Assembly (NCBI GenBank): GCA_038236775.1
Contig: JBBRZK010000013.1
Span: 148 to 64,147 of the forward strand
Origin: Gemmatimonadales bacterium
Lineage (GTDB): Bacteria > Gemmatimonadota > Gemmatimonadetes > Gemmatimonadales > Gemmatimonadaceae
Length of the DNA stretch: 64,000 bases
Reading direction: 5' to 3'
Positions 29,966 through 37,724 of this stretch are shown here, piece by piece. The notes under the pieces are model-generated. The model had not been told where the DNA came from, did no database searches, and saw only the letters and a program-made list of their open reading frames with translations. The position numbers were made by a program, and so were the translations under genes. Every line of letters begins with the position of its first letter. The stretch's first letter is position 1.

Positions 29966-30547
29966 ATGCGCATCAACCTCACTCGTCCGCGACGTGCACT
30001 GTTCGCAACCGCGCTGCTGCTCGTGCCGCCCGCGTCCCTCTCGGCTCAGGCGGCCGCGATTCCAGGCCAGCAGCCGTCAGGCCCGGTCATTCAGAGCACG
30101 GGCATGTCGATGAAAGTTGACAACCCCACCTTCGTCGTGCCCGACAACCACGTGTTCAAGTCGGTGTTCGTCATCAACGCGGGCGGGGGCGATTCCGTGA
30201 AGGTGAACGAACAGCTGACGACCGTTGCGCGGTTCTACAACGTGCACGTGCGTCACGGGTATGCGCTGGCGAATGTGCACGGCGCCGCGGTCGTGCACGG
30301 CAATGGCTGGCCCGCCCTCTTGACCGATTCGGCGTTTGCGGCCCGGTTTGGTGGTAAGCCGAACCCCAGCCGGCGACTCGTGGAAGAACTCGTTCAGAAC
30401 GGCGCCACCATCGTCTTGTGCGGGCAGACGGCTGGCGGGCGCGGCATCCGACGGGAAGAACTACTGCCGGGCGTCAAAGTGGCGATCTCGGCGATGACCG
30501 CGCTCACCGCGCTCCAGGACGACGGTTACCGGTACATTCCGTGGTGA
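29966..30547 (+). CDS. secreted DsrE/DsrF-like (COG1416) protein
   Basis: Lies within ORF 29924..30547. Met 29966 gives a signal peptide ending in SLSAQAAA. Features: VFVINAGGGD, VVHGNG, IVLCGQT, ALTALQDDGYRYIPW. Confidence 0.65.
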   Translation: MRINLTRPRRALFATALLLVPPASLSAQAAAIPGQQPSGPVIQSTGMSMKVDNPTFVVPDNHVFKSVFVINAGGGDSVKVNEQLTTVARFYNVHVRHGYALANVHGAAVVHGNGWPALLTDSAFAARFGGKPNPSRRLVEELVQNGATIVLCGQTAGGRGIRREELLPGVKVAISAMTALTALQDDGYRYIPW

Positions 30548-30556
30548 TCCGGGCGC

Positions 30557-31534
30557 TTACGGGGTGCGGTGATCCATGCGCTGGAACGCAAGGAACTCGT
30601 GGATCGCTGCGATGGCGTCCGTGTCCTTCGACACAATCAGCAGTTGGCCGCCGCGCGGCAATGCCGTGAAAGCATAGCTGATCGCGGAACGCTTCGCGGC
30701 CATGACGGAGGCGCCGGGCACCGATTGCATATGCACGAATGCCGGTGTCGTGAAATCACCGCCTTTGAACGCGCTGGCGATCCCCTGAAGATGGGCACGG
30801 ATCTGTGCGACGCCGACGGAATCGTCCACGTCACGCTGCAGCTCGATCCGACCGCCGTCGGTCATGTCGTCGAAGTGGTGCGTCGATGTGTACTGGTCGA
30901 CGCCCATGGCCTGCTTGCCGCGCTCCTGCAGCGCACCGAAAGCAGCAGCCGACGTGTCGTGCGTCATGCCTGGCATCGAAGCCCCGTTCATGCCACCACT
31001 CATCATGCCACCGTTCTTCATCATCGTCTCATGCATCGCGGCCATGCCGCGATGCACGAGGTCAGTGACCTCGGCGGCGTGCTGCTGGAGCAAGGCGACG
31101 GTGGCAGGATCGTTTGAGGTTTCGGTGACCGCCACCCCGTTCGCCGTTTCCGTTGTGGCGCGCGTGATGTGGGCCCCATTGCGCAGCACGCCATGCAGCG
31201 ATGGCGACGACATCGGCAAATTGGGATCCTCGGCCTCGCTCACCAGGCTCCCGGTGCGGACGACGTGCGCCTTCAGGGTGCTGGCCATCCCCGGGTCGTC
31301 GGATTCGGTAAGAGTCCGAATCCCGTTCGGGAGATTGGTGACGGTGCGTCGCAGCTTGTCGTGATTGGTCATCAATTCGTGAACGACGCGCATGATTGCC
31401 GTCGTCGCCGTGTCGCCGCCCATTCCCATCATCCCCGCCCCCTGCTGCGCCAGGAGCGGTGCGGTGACGAGCGGCGTTGCCGCGAGCGTCAGGCTGGCGG
31501 CGGCCATGCCGACCACCGTGCGTATACGGTTCAT
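30557..31534 (-). CDS. Met-rich periplasmic protein of unknown function with four internal modules
   Basis: 325 aa with a signal peptide. Met/Gly tracts: GAGMMGMGGD and HETMMKNGGMMSGGMNGASMPGMTHD. Four segments each end in an Asp-rich turn plus a His-containing helix: TESDDPGMASTLKAHV, TSNDPATVALLQQHAAEV, DVDDSVGVAQIRAHLQGI, SKDTDAIAAIHEFLAFQ. Confidence 0.6.
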   Translation of the reverse strand: MNRIRTVVGMAAASLTLAATPLVTAPLLAQQGAGMMGMGGDTATTAIMRVVHELMTNHDKLRRTVTNLPNGIRTLTESDDPGMASTLKAHVVRTGSLVSEAEDPNLPMSSPSLHGVLRNGAHITRATTETANGVAVTETSNDPATVALLQQHAAEVTDLVHRGMAAMHETMMKNGGMMSGGMNGASMPGMTHDTSAAAFGALQERGKQAMGVDQYTSTHHFDDMTDGGRIELQRDVDDSVGVAQIRAHLQGIASAFKGGDFTTPAFVHMQSVPGASVMAAKRSAISYAFTALPRGGQLLIVSKDTDAIAAIHEFLAFQRMDHRTP

Positions 31535-31652
31535 TGAGCCCCCCGGTAGCTTTCTCGTGAGCGATCGCCGGTGCGTGCGGGATATCGCGGCGCCTCGACG
31601 GATACGCGTAACCTAGACGCGTCTGCCCCTCCACGATGGAACCGAAGTCACC

Positions 31653-32138
31653 GTGCCCACGGCAACCTCGGTGACGCTCATCTCATCGGACGCGGATTCG
31701 TTGGATGTGCTCCCACTCTTCGCATCGCTCTCCGCCGCGACTCGTGGCAAGCTGATCGCGGCGGGAACGGTGCGCCGCTACCCCGCGTACGCGATCATGC
31801 GCGACGATCCGGCGGTAGCGCTTCTGTTTCTGCGCCGCTTGTCCTCGCGTGTCCGAGAGCTGGTCGATCGCCTGGATCGCGCGACAAGACATTCAGTTCC
31901 GTCACGTCTCGCTGCCTTTCTGCTGGAGCGCGACGCCGCCGCGCCCGGGAAGCCCTTCACGCTCGGCATGACGCAGGGCGCGTTGGCCGAGGAGCTGGGG
32001 ACCGTACGGGAGGTAGTGGTGCGCGCGCTCGCGCGGCTGCGAGTGAGCGGCGCGATCGAAGCCGTCGGGCGCGGGCGATTCCGCGTCCGGGACAGCGCAG
32101 CACTCGATGCCATACGGCGTGCCACGCACCATGCGTGA
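31653..32138 (+). CDS. Crp/Fnr-family regulator lacking most of the effector (beta-barrel) domain
   Basis: 161 aa. The N-terminal LPLFASLSAATRGKLIAAGTVRRYPA jumps directly to the dimerisation helix and HTH (SRLAAFLLER...GMTQGALAEELGTVREVVVRALARLRVSGAIE). Confidence 0.7.
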   Translation: MPTATSVTLISSDADSLDVLPLFASLSAATRGKLIAAGTVRRYPAYAIMRDDPAVALLFLRRLSSRVRELVDRLDRATRHSVPSRLAAFLLERDAAAPGKPFTLGMTQGALAEELGTVREVVVRALARLRVSGAIEAVGRGRFRVRDSAALDAIRRATHHA

Positions 32139-32416
32139 TCAGCCGTGCGTCAGCGGCTGCCCAGGTCGCGTGGTGCGCCGGTCGTGCCCAGCACCCGACG
32201 CACGACCCACCGCACGGTGAGCCGCTGCACCAGATCGTTCAGGGACGGTGGCTCGTCGAGGCGCATTTGCAGGTCACTGCCTGATTCCTGGGCACTCGGC
32301 ATCAGGCCGGTGCTACTGGGTGCAGTGAAGCGTCTCGATGTCTCCGGACGACCCACGTCACCGCGGCGACGAGCAGAAGTTGCAGCAAGACGTTAAGGCC
32401 GATGTTGCCCGCCGCT

Positions 32417-32638
32417 TCATCCCACGAACACGATGTCGCCCTCGTCGTCGATCCCGATGTCCTGCTGCAGCCCGCAGACGCCGCACGTCTTCGTCGCGAG
32501 CCACACCGCCTTCAACGTGTCGGCGATCGCCGGCAGCGCGGGCTTCACGCTCAGTCGCTTGATGGTGTACTCACCGCAGCGCTCGCAGGCATGACCGCGC
32601 GCAATCCGCTCCGCGCGTTCCTTCGTCATAGCAGCCAC
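32417..32638 (-). CDS. small zinc-ribbon-like protein (two CxxC pairs), co-operonic with the SPFH gene
   Basis: 73 aa with very high GC3. GTG start lies 7 nt after GGAGG and 15 nt after the SPFH stop. Cys pairs: CERCG ... CGVCG. Confidence 0.6.
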   Translation of the reverse strand: MAAMTKERAERIARGHACERCGEYTIKRLSVKPALPAIADTLKAVWLATKTCGVCGLQQDIGIDDEGDIVFVG

Positions 32639-32655
32639 CGCTCAGCCTCCCACCA

Positions 32656-33744
32656 TCATTTCGTGGAATCGTCGTCGCGTCGTGCGAGCGACTCGAGGCC
32701 CGGAGGCAGTCCGAGCGCCCCGGGCGCTGGCGCCCCCCGTCGCGGCGGCGCAGACGGTGTCGGCGCGGCCCCGCCGGCGGTGCGAATGAACATCTCTCGC
32801 AAACCGCCAATCGCACCCATCACGCCAGTGGCCTCCGCGGGCAGGAAGATGGTTGTCCCCTTGCCCTCGGTGAGCTTGGGCAGCGCTTCCATGTACTTGA
32901 GCCCCAGGAGGTACATCGCCGCCTGACCCTCGGGCAGTACCGCGGTGATCCGCTCGATCGCCTCGGCTTCGGCCTCCGCCATTGCCAGTCGCGCCGTCGC
33001 CAGACCCTGGGCGCGCAGGATCGCCGCGTCCTTCTCGCCCTCGGCTCGCCGCACCTGCGACTCGCGCACACCTTCCGCCTCCAGGATGGCCGCGCGCTTG
33101 CCCGCTTCCGCGTTCGTGACCGCGGCGCGACGCTCGCGCTCGGCACGCATCTGCAGTTCCATGGACTGCTGGATGTCGCGCGGGGGCTCGATGGCCTGCA
33201 GCTCCACGCGCGTGAGATCCACGCCCCATCCGATCGCCGCCTCCTCGATCACGTCGCGCATGCGGGTGTTGATCGCATCGCGGCTGGCGAGCGTGGAGTC
33301 CAGCTCCATCTCGCCCACGATGTTGCGCAGCGTGGTCTTGGTGAGCGTCTCGAGCGCGTACGGGAGATTCTGCACCGAATACGTGGCCTTCTGCGGATCG
33401 GCCACGCGGTAGTAGAGCACCGCGTCGATGTCGATGGTGACGTTGTCCTTGGTGATCACCGGCTGGCTCGGAAAGTTGAGCACCTGCTCGCGCAGGTCGA
33501 TGCGCGTGGTGGAACCCGAGGTGATCTTCTTTACGCCCGCGGCCCCCTGCTCGAAGTAGCGCACGTCGATGGCCTTGGGCCGTTCCACGAACGGTATGAG
33601 AATGTTCAGCCCCGATCGCGCGACGCGATGGAAGCGGCCGAGCCGCTCGATGACCATCACCTCGGCCTGCCCGATGATCTTCAGGGAGGCCGTGAGGAAG
33701 TAGGTGACGAGGGCGACGATGACGGCGAGAATGACGAAGGTCAT
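32656..33744 (-). CDS. SPFH/band-7 (stomatin/slipin-like) membrane protein
   Basis: 362 aa. N-terminal TM helix, then the SPFH core (VIERLGRFHRVARSGLNILIPFVE, ITKDNVTIDIDAVLYYRV), an Ala/Glu coiled region and a Pro/Ala-rich tail. Confidence 0.9.
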   Translation of the reverse strand: MTFVILAVIVALVTYFLTASLKIIGQAEVMVIERLGRFHRVARSGLNILIPFVERPKAIDVRYFEQGAAGVKKITSGSTTRIDLREQVLNFPSQPVITKDNVTIDIDAVLYYRVADPQKATYSVQNLPYALETLTKTTLRNIVGEMELDSTLASRDAINTRMRDVIEEAAIGWGVDLTRVELQAIEPPRDIQQSMELQMRAERERRAAVTNAEAGKRAAILEAEGVRESQVRRAEGEKDAAILRAQGLATARLAMAEAEAEAIERITAVLPEGQAAMYLLGLKYMEALPKLTEGKGTTIFLPAEATGVMGAIGGLREMFIRTAGGAAPTPSAPPRRGAPAPGALGLPPGLESLARRDDDSTK

Positions 33745-33839
33745 GATGTCATGGCGATGCTGGAGGAGTCCTCATTGTACGGAAACGTATCCGGGGCGGG
33801 CAGGGGCGTGCGCACCAGCCCGCCCCTCGCGCGGGCTGC

Positions 33840-34325
33840 TCACGACGAATAGTACGCCGCGTTCTCCTCCACGTGGCCCTTCGTGAGATCGCAGCCCAGG
33901 CTTTGGCCGCGGCTGCACAGCCCGAGGTCCACAACGAGGGCCACCACCCCCCCGCTCAATGTCGGCCCTGGCTGTCAGCGGCCCCGAGTCGCGCCAACGC
34001 CCACGCGGCGTGCACGCGCACGAGTTTCCACGGACACACCTCCTGCGAGGTGTATCGGTTCACCCGTTTTGAGGTTCCGCTGTCGACGGGTGGCGAAGTC
34101 CATCAAGGAGAAGAAATCAACTTTCGATGTCCACTGGTGCCAACACGAGGCCGCCACACCCACGCCTTCGCACTCGATGAACGCGTGCACGTAAAGGTGC
34201 TGTCGCAGCGCACGTCGCGCGGGCACTGGGAGGTCCGTCACGCTCTGGCGAAGCGGAGAATTCGTCGTGAACGCGTCGCCCCACTCCTGAGGCACTCGAG
34301 CCCCCGCAGGGCTAGATTGGCGCAA
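33840..34325 (-). pseudogene. uncharacterised, apparently decayed CDS (in-frame TGA; coding signal switches frame in the middle)
   Basis: ORF 33975..34325 ends at TGA 33975-33977. The same frame continues for 44 more codons with very high GC3 (LSGGVVALVVDLGLCSRGQSLGCDLTKGHVEENAAYYSS*) to a stop at 33840. In the middle, the +1 frame has the better GC3 (VNRYTSQEVCPWKLVRVHAAWALARLG). A terminator-like hairpin (33793-33826) follows. Confidence 0.3.
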
Positions 34326-34362
34326 CCCGGCTTCAGTATGGCGGCGTCAACCATGAGCGTCC

Positions 34363-35358
34363 ATGACTGTCATTCGCGTTGCGTTCCTGGGCTACGGTAG
34401 CGTGGGTCGCGCTCTGCACGCATTGCTCGGATCGCGACGCCAGGCCTTGGCCCACAACTACCGCCTCGAACTCGTCGTGACCGGCCTCGCGTCGCGACGT
34501 ACAGGTTGGCTGGCTGATGCACGCGGTCTCGATCCGGATCGGCCCGTCGGCGCTGACCACGGCGACATTCGCTCGTGGCTCAACGCGTCGCACGCCGATG
34601 TGGTGTTCGAAGCCATCGCACTCAACGCGAACACCGGCCAACCCGCCCTCGACTATCTGCGTGCGGTGCTCCAGAACGACGCACATGCGATCTCGGCGAA
34701 CAAGGGCCCGGTGGTATTCGGGTATCGTGAGTTGATGGGCCTCGCGGCGGAACACGGCCGCGCATATGCCTTCGAGGCCGCCGTGATGGATGGCGCGCCG
34801 GTGTTCTCGCTCGTGCGTGAGTGTCTGCCGCTGGCCGGCCTTCGCGCGGTGCGAGGCGTATTCACATCCACGGCCACCGTCGTGCTGGAGGCCGTGGAGG
34901 AAGGTCTGACCATTGCCGACGGCATTGCCCGGGCTCAAGAACTCGGCATTGCCGAGGCCGATCCAAGCTACGATGTGGACGGATGGGACTCGGCCGTGAA
35001 GCTCTGCGCCGTGGCCAACGTGTTCCTGGGTGGCGACCTCCGGCCAAAGGACGTAGCCCGCGAAGGCGTCCGATCGCTACGGGAGGATGACGTGCGGCGC
35101 GCGGTCACGGAGGGGCGCCCGTACCGCCTCGTCGGCGAAGTGGGGCCGGGCGTCGGCGGGATTCTTCGCGCCTCCGTCAAACCGGTGCAGTGTCATATGG
35201 AAGGCCCGCTCGGTGTGGTCCGCGGCGCTACGCTCGTGATGCAGTACGAGGCCGACATCTTTCCGGGGGGCCTGACAGTGACCTCGCGCGACCCGGACCC
35301 CACGACCACGGCGTACGGGATGCTCGCGGATTTTGTGCGGCAGTACAAGACCGGGTGA
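34363..35358 (+). CDS. homoserine dehydrogenase family protein (short form, no ACT domain)
   Basis: 331 aa. Rossmann N-terminus IRVAFLGYGSVGRAL. ISANKGPVV motif. Overall homoserine dehydrogenase layout. Confidence 0.7.
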   Translation: MTVIRVAFLGYGSVGRALHALLGSRRQALAHNYRLELVVTGLASRRTGWLADARGLDPDRPVGADHGDIRSWLNASHADVVFEAIALNANTGQPALDYLRAVLQNDAHAISANKGPVVFGYRELMGLAAEHGRAYAFEAAVMDGAPVFSLVRECLPLAGLRAVRGVFTSTATVVLEAVEEGLTIADGIARAQELGIAEADPSYDVDGWDSAVKLCAVANVFLGGDLRPKDVAREGVRSLREDDVRRAVTEGRPYRLVGEVGPGVGGILRASVKPVQCHMEGPLGVVRGATLVMQYEADIFPGGLTVTSRDPDPTTTAYGMLADFVRQYKTG

Positions 35359-35416
35359 ATCGTGTCGATCTGAGGAAACCTCGTTCGACGTGTCGGTAGA
35401 GTCACGAGCCGTTCAG

Positions 35417-36547
35417 CTAGCGGTGTTCCTGGGAGTGCCGCGCGCCGTCGGACTCGGGTGGCGCGATCCGCTGCAGCGCCCACCTCGCATGCTCGCGCGC
35501 GAGCGACTCGGGGTCGTCGAGTGCGCGCGTGAGCAAGTCGACGTCATCGGTATCACCAACGTTCCCGAGCGCGACCGCGGCATTGCGCTTGAGTCCGCGC
35601 AATTTCGCACGCTTCATCGGCGAACCTTTGAATGCCACGCTGAACTCATCGGGCGTCATTGCGAGCAGCGTTCTCGCCGCCGCACGTGCTCCCTTCCCAA
35701 CGAGCGCCTCACGCGGCGCAAACTCCGGCACTTTCAACTCCTGCGCGAACTTGATGTTGAATGGGCAAACTTCCTGGCAGATGTCACAGCCGTAAAGCAA
35801 CCCGCCGACTGCCTCGCGAAACTCGGGAGAAATCTCGCCCTTCTGCTCGATGGTCAGGTACGAGATGCAGCGTGTCGCATCCAGCTCGCGCGGCGCGACG
35901 ATCGCATCGGTGGGACAGGCGTCGATGCACCGCGTGCAGGTGCCGCACCGATCGCTCTCGAATGGCGCATCGACCGCGAGCTCCAGATCGACGACGAGCG
36001 CACCGAGGAAGAAGAACGAGCCGAGCGTGGGATTCAGCAGGTTCGTGTTCTTGCCGAACCACCCGAGGCCGGCGCGCCGCGCGAGGTCGCGCTCGAGGAG
36101 CGGGCCGGTATCCACGTACGCCTTGCCGAGTATCGCGCGGCCTGCGTCCACTTCGAGGCGGACGCGCAACTCGCGCAGCCGCGCCTCCATGACGTCGTGA
36201 TAGTCGAGGCCGCGCGCATAGCGGGCCACCGGCCCGCTCGGTTCCTTCCCGCCGTAGTCGAGCGCAACGACGATGGCGTGGGTCGTTCCTGGCAGCGGAC
36301 GACGGGTGTCGCGCCGCTGCTCCGCGCCGCGCTCGAGGTAGTGCATGTCACCCGCCCGTCCGGCAGCAATCCATGCGTCGAATGCGTCGGCAGTTGTCGC
36401 CGAGCCGAGACTCGTGATGCCGACGAGATCGAAACCGAGGGCGAAGGCATGCGCCTTGGCGAGGCCCGCGAGCGTCGCCGGCGAATGCGTGGGACGCTCG
36501 CCCTCGGCGGCGATCGCCGCGTGGGTCACGGCTCGCGAACCGCCCAT
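35417..36547 (-). CDS. queG: tRNA epoxyqueuosine(34) reductase QueG
   Basis: Lies within ORF 35417..37036, starting at Met 36547. Motifs: CGTCTRCIDACPTDAI, CISYLTIE, GCDICQEVCPFN, HEAT-like tail LAREHARWAL. The upstream 163 codons of the ORF are translated repeat DNA. Confidence 0.85.
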   Translation of the reverse strand: MGGSRAVTHAAIAAEGERPTHSPATLAGLAKAHAFALGFDLVGITSLGSATTADAFDAWIAAGRAGDMHYLERGAEQRRDTRRPLPGTTHAIVVALDYGGKEPSGPVARYARGLDYHDVMEARLRELRVRLEVDAGRAILGKAYVDTGPLLERDLARRAGLGWFGKNTNLLNPTLGSFFFLGALVVDLELAVDAPFESDRCGTCTRCIDACPTDAIVAPRELDATRCISYLTIEQKGEISPEFREAVGGLLYGCDICQEVCPFNIKFAQELKVPEFAPREALVGKGARAAARTLLAMTPDEFSVAFKGSPMKRAKLRGLKRNAAVALGNVGDTDDVDLLTRALDDPESLAREHARWALQRIAPPESDGARHSQEHR

Positions 36548-36774
36548 CGCGCGTAGCGCTCCACGTCGTCCGCTAGTGGCGTGAACGCATCGTCCCCGTA
36601 AGCGGTGTGCATGCGCCAGCGCACGTAGTCCGTCGCGGGCAGGGGCAGGAACGGGAACCGCCGCCACCAGTGCCGGCGCCGGAACCGCCACGCGACGCGC
36701 AGCAGGGCGACGCCGGTGGTGGGACGTCGCAGGCCACGTGCAGCGAGCCGGAGGGTGAGGCGAGTCCAGGACAT
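36526..36774 (-). CDS. small Arg/Trp-rich hypothetical protein overlapping the queG start
   Basis: Lies within ORF 36526..36846. ATG 36774 gives an 82-aa product with very high GC3: MSWTRLTLRLAARGL...DYVRWRMHTAYGDDAFTPLADDVERYARWAVREP. It overlaps queG by 22 nt. Confidence 0.5.
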   Translation of the reverse strand: MSWTRLTLRLAARGLRRPTTGVALLRVAWRFRRRHWWRRFPFLPLPATDYVRWRMHTAYGDDAFTPLADDVERYARWAVREP

Positions 36775-36867
36775 ATGATGTAAGGTGCCGGGACGTAGCG
36801 ATGTGATCAACGGGTGGCGGAAAAGCGACACGGACGGAACCTTCACTTTCTTCGGCCAACTGCGCGA

Positions 36868-37015
36868 GAAGCAGATCCTTCGCTGCGCTCAGGATGACAC
36901 CAGGATCAGATCCTTCGCGATGACAGATCGCCAATGTGCTTGTCATCCCGAGCGGAGCGAGGGATCTGCTCGATGCCCGGCGTGAAAGCAGATCCTTCGC
37001 TGCGCTCAGGATGAC
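36868..37015. repeat. cluster of four copies of the dispersed repeat (reverse, reverse-partial, forward, reverse)
   Basis: GAAGCAGATCCTTCGCTGCGCTCAGGATGAC at 36868-36898. CAGATCCTTCGCGATGACA at 36906-36924. GTCATCCCGAGCGGAGCGAGGGATCTGCTC at 36942-36971. AAGCAGATCCTTCGCTGCGCTCAGGATGACA at 36987-37015. Confidence 0.85.
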
Positions 37016-37061
37016 AACGTACGGGTGGAATGACACGGCATTTCAGAACAGGAGGCAACGC

Positions 37062-37721
37062 GTGAACGTACTGCTGTTGGGCGCCACCGGAATGGTGGGA
37101 CAGGGTGTGCTGCGCGAGTGCCTCCTCGCGCCCGACGTCGAGAACGTCATCGCGCTGGGCCGCACCGGCACGGGGCAGTCGCACGACAAGCTTCGCCAGA
37201 TCGTGCGGGCCAATCCCGCGGATCTCTCGGCCCTTGCTTCGCAGCTGGAGCACGTCGACGCCTGCTTCTTCTGCCTGGGTGTGTCGTCCGCTGGAATGTC
37301 CGAGGACGCGTACGCGAAGATCACCTACGACCTCACCCTGGATTTCGCGCAGGCGCTCTCGCGCATCAGGCCGGCCCTGACGTTCGTGTACGTCTCCGGA
37401 TTGGGCACCGACAGCAGCGAAAAGGCGCGGAGCAGGTGGGCGCGCGTGAAGGGTCGGACCGAAAACGCGCTGCTCAGGCTGCCCTTCACGGCGGCGTACA
37501 TGTTTCGCCCAGGCTTCATCATGCCGCTGCACGGCATCCGGTCGAAAACAGCGCTGTATCGGCTCGCGTACTTCATCAGCACGCCGCTCTATCCGATCAT
37601 CAAGCGCCTCGCGCCGAACGCGGTGACCACCACGGAACAGGTGGGGCGCGCGATGCTCGCTGTCGCCCGGAATGGCTATCCGAAGCGCGTGCTCGAGACG
37701 GCCGACATCAACGCGCTGTAG
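37062..37721 (+). CDS. NAD(P)H-binding (atypical SDR/epimerase-like) protein
   Basis: In frame with ORF 36936..37721. GTG 37062 lies 6 nt after GGAGG. Rossmann motif VLLLGATGMVGQGVL. Confidence 0.7.
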   Translation: MNVLLLGATGMVGQGVLRECLLAPDVENVIALGRTGTGQSHDKLRQIVRANPADLSALASQLEHVDACFFCLGVSSAGMSEDAYAKITYDLTLDFAQALSRIRPALTFVYVSGLGTDSSEKARSRWARVKGRTENALLRLPFTAAYMFRPGFIMPLHGIRSKTALYRLAYFISTPLYPIIKRLAPNAVTTTEQVGRAMLAVARNGYPKRVLETADINAL

Positions 37722-37724
37722 CTG

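Noticed and set aside
32290-32420. Short hydrophobic reading frame (..GNIGLNVLLQLLLVAAVTWVV..) downstream of the zinc-ribbon gene.
   Set aside because: It has no plausible start codon or RBS, and it is too short to support from sequence alone.
33975-33977. The in-frame TGA followed by well-coding sequence as a selenocysteine codon.
   Set aside because: No convincing SECIS-like hairpin lies at the right distance downstream. No sel genes are in the window. The local frame switch upstream argues for gene decay or sequence error instead.
33990-34200. The region as a degenerate second copy of queG (FIECEG versus TIEQKG, QEVCPW versus QEVCPF, VRVHAAWAL versus AREHARWAL).
   Set aside because: Identity over the ungapped stretch is only about a quarter. 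All Fe-S cysteines are absent. The spacing between the two motifs differs by about 19 residues. The motifs lie in different frames, so chance similarity cannot be excluded without a search.
36548-37036. A 163-codon N-terminal extension of the queG ORF (MSFHPYVVILSAAKDLL...).
   Set aside because: The extension is a translation of the dispersed repeat cluster and of the opposite-frame small gene. QueG homology begins only after Met 36547.
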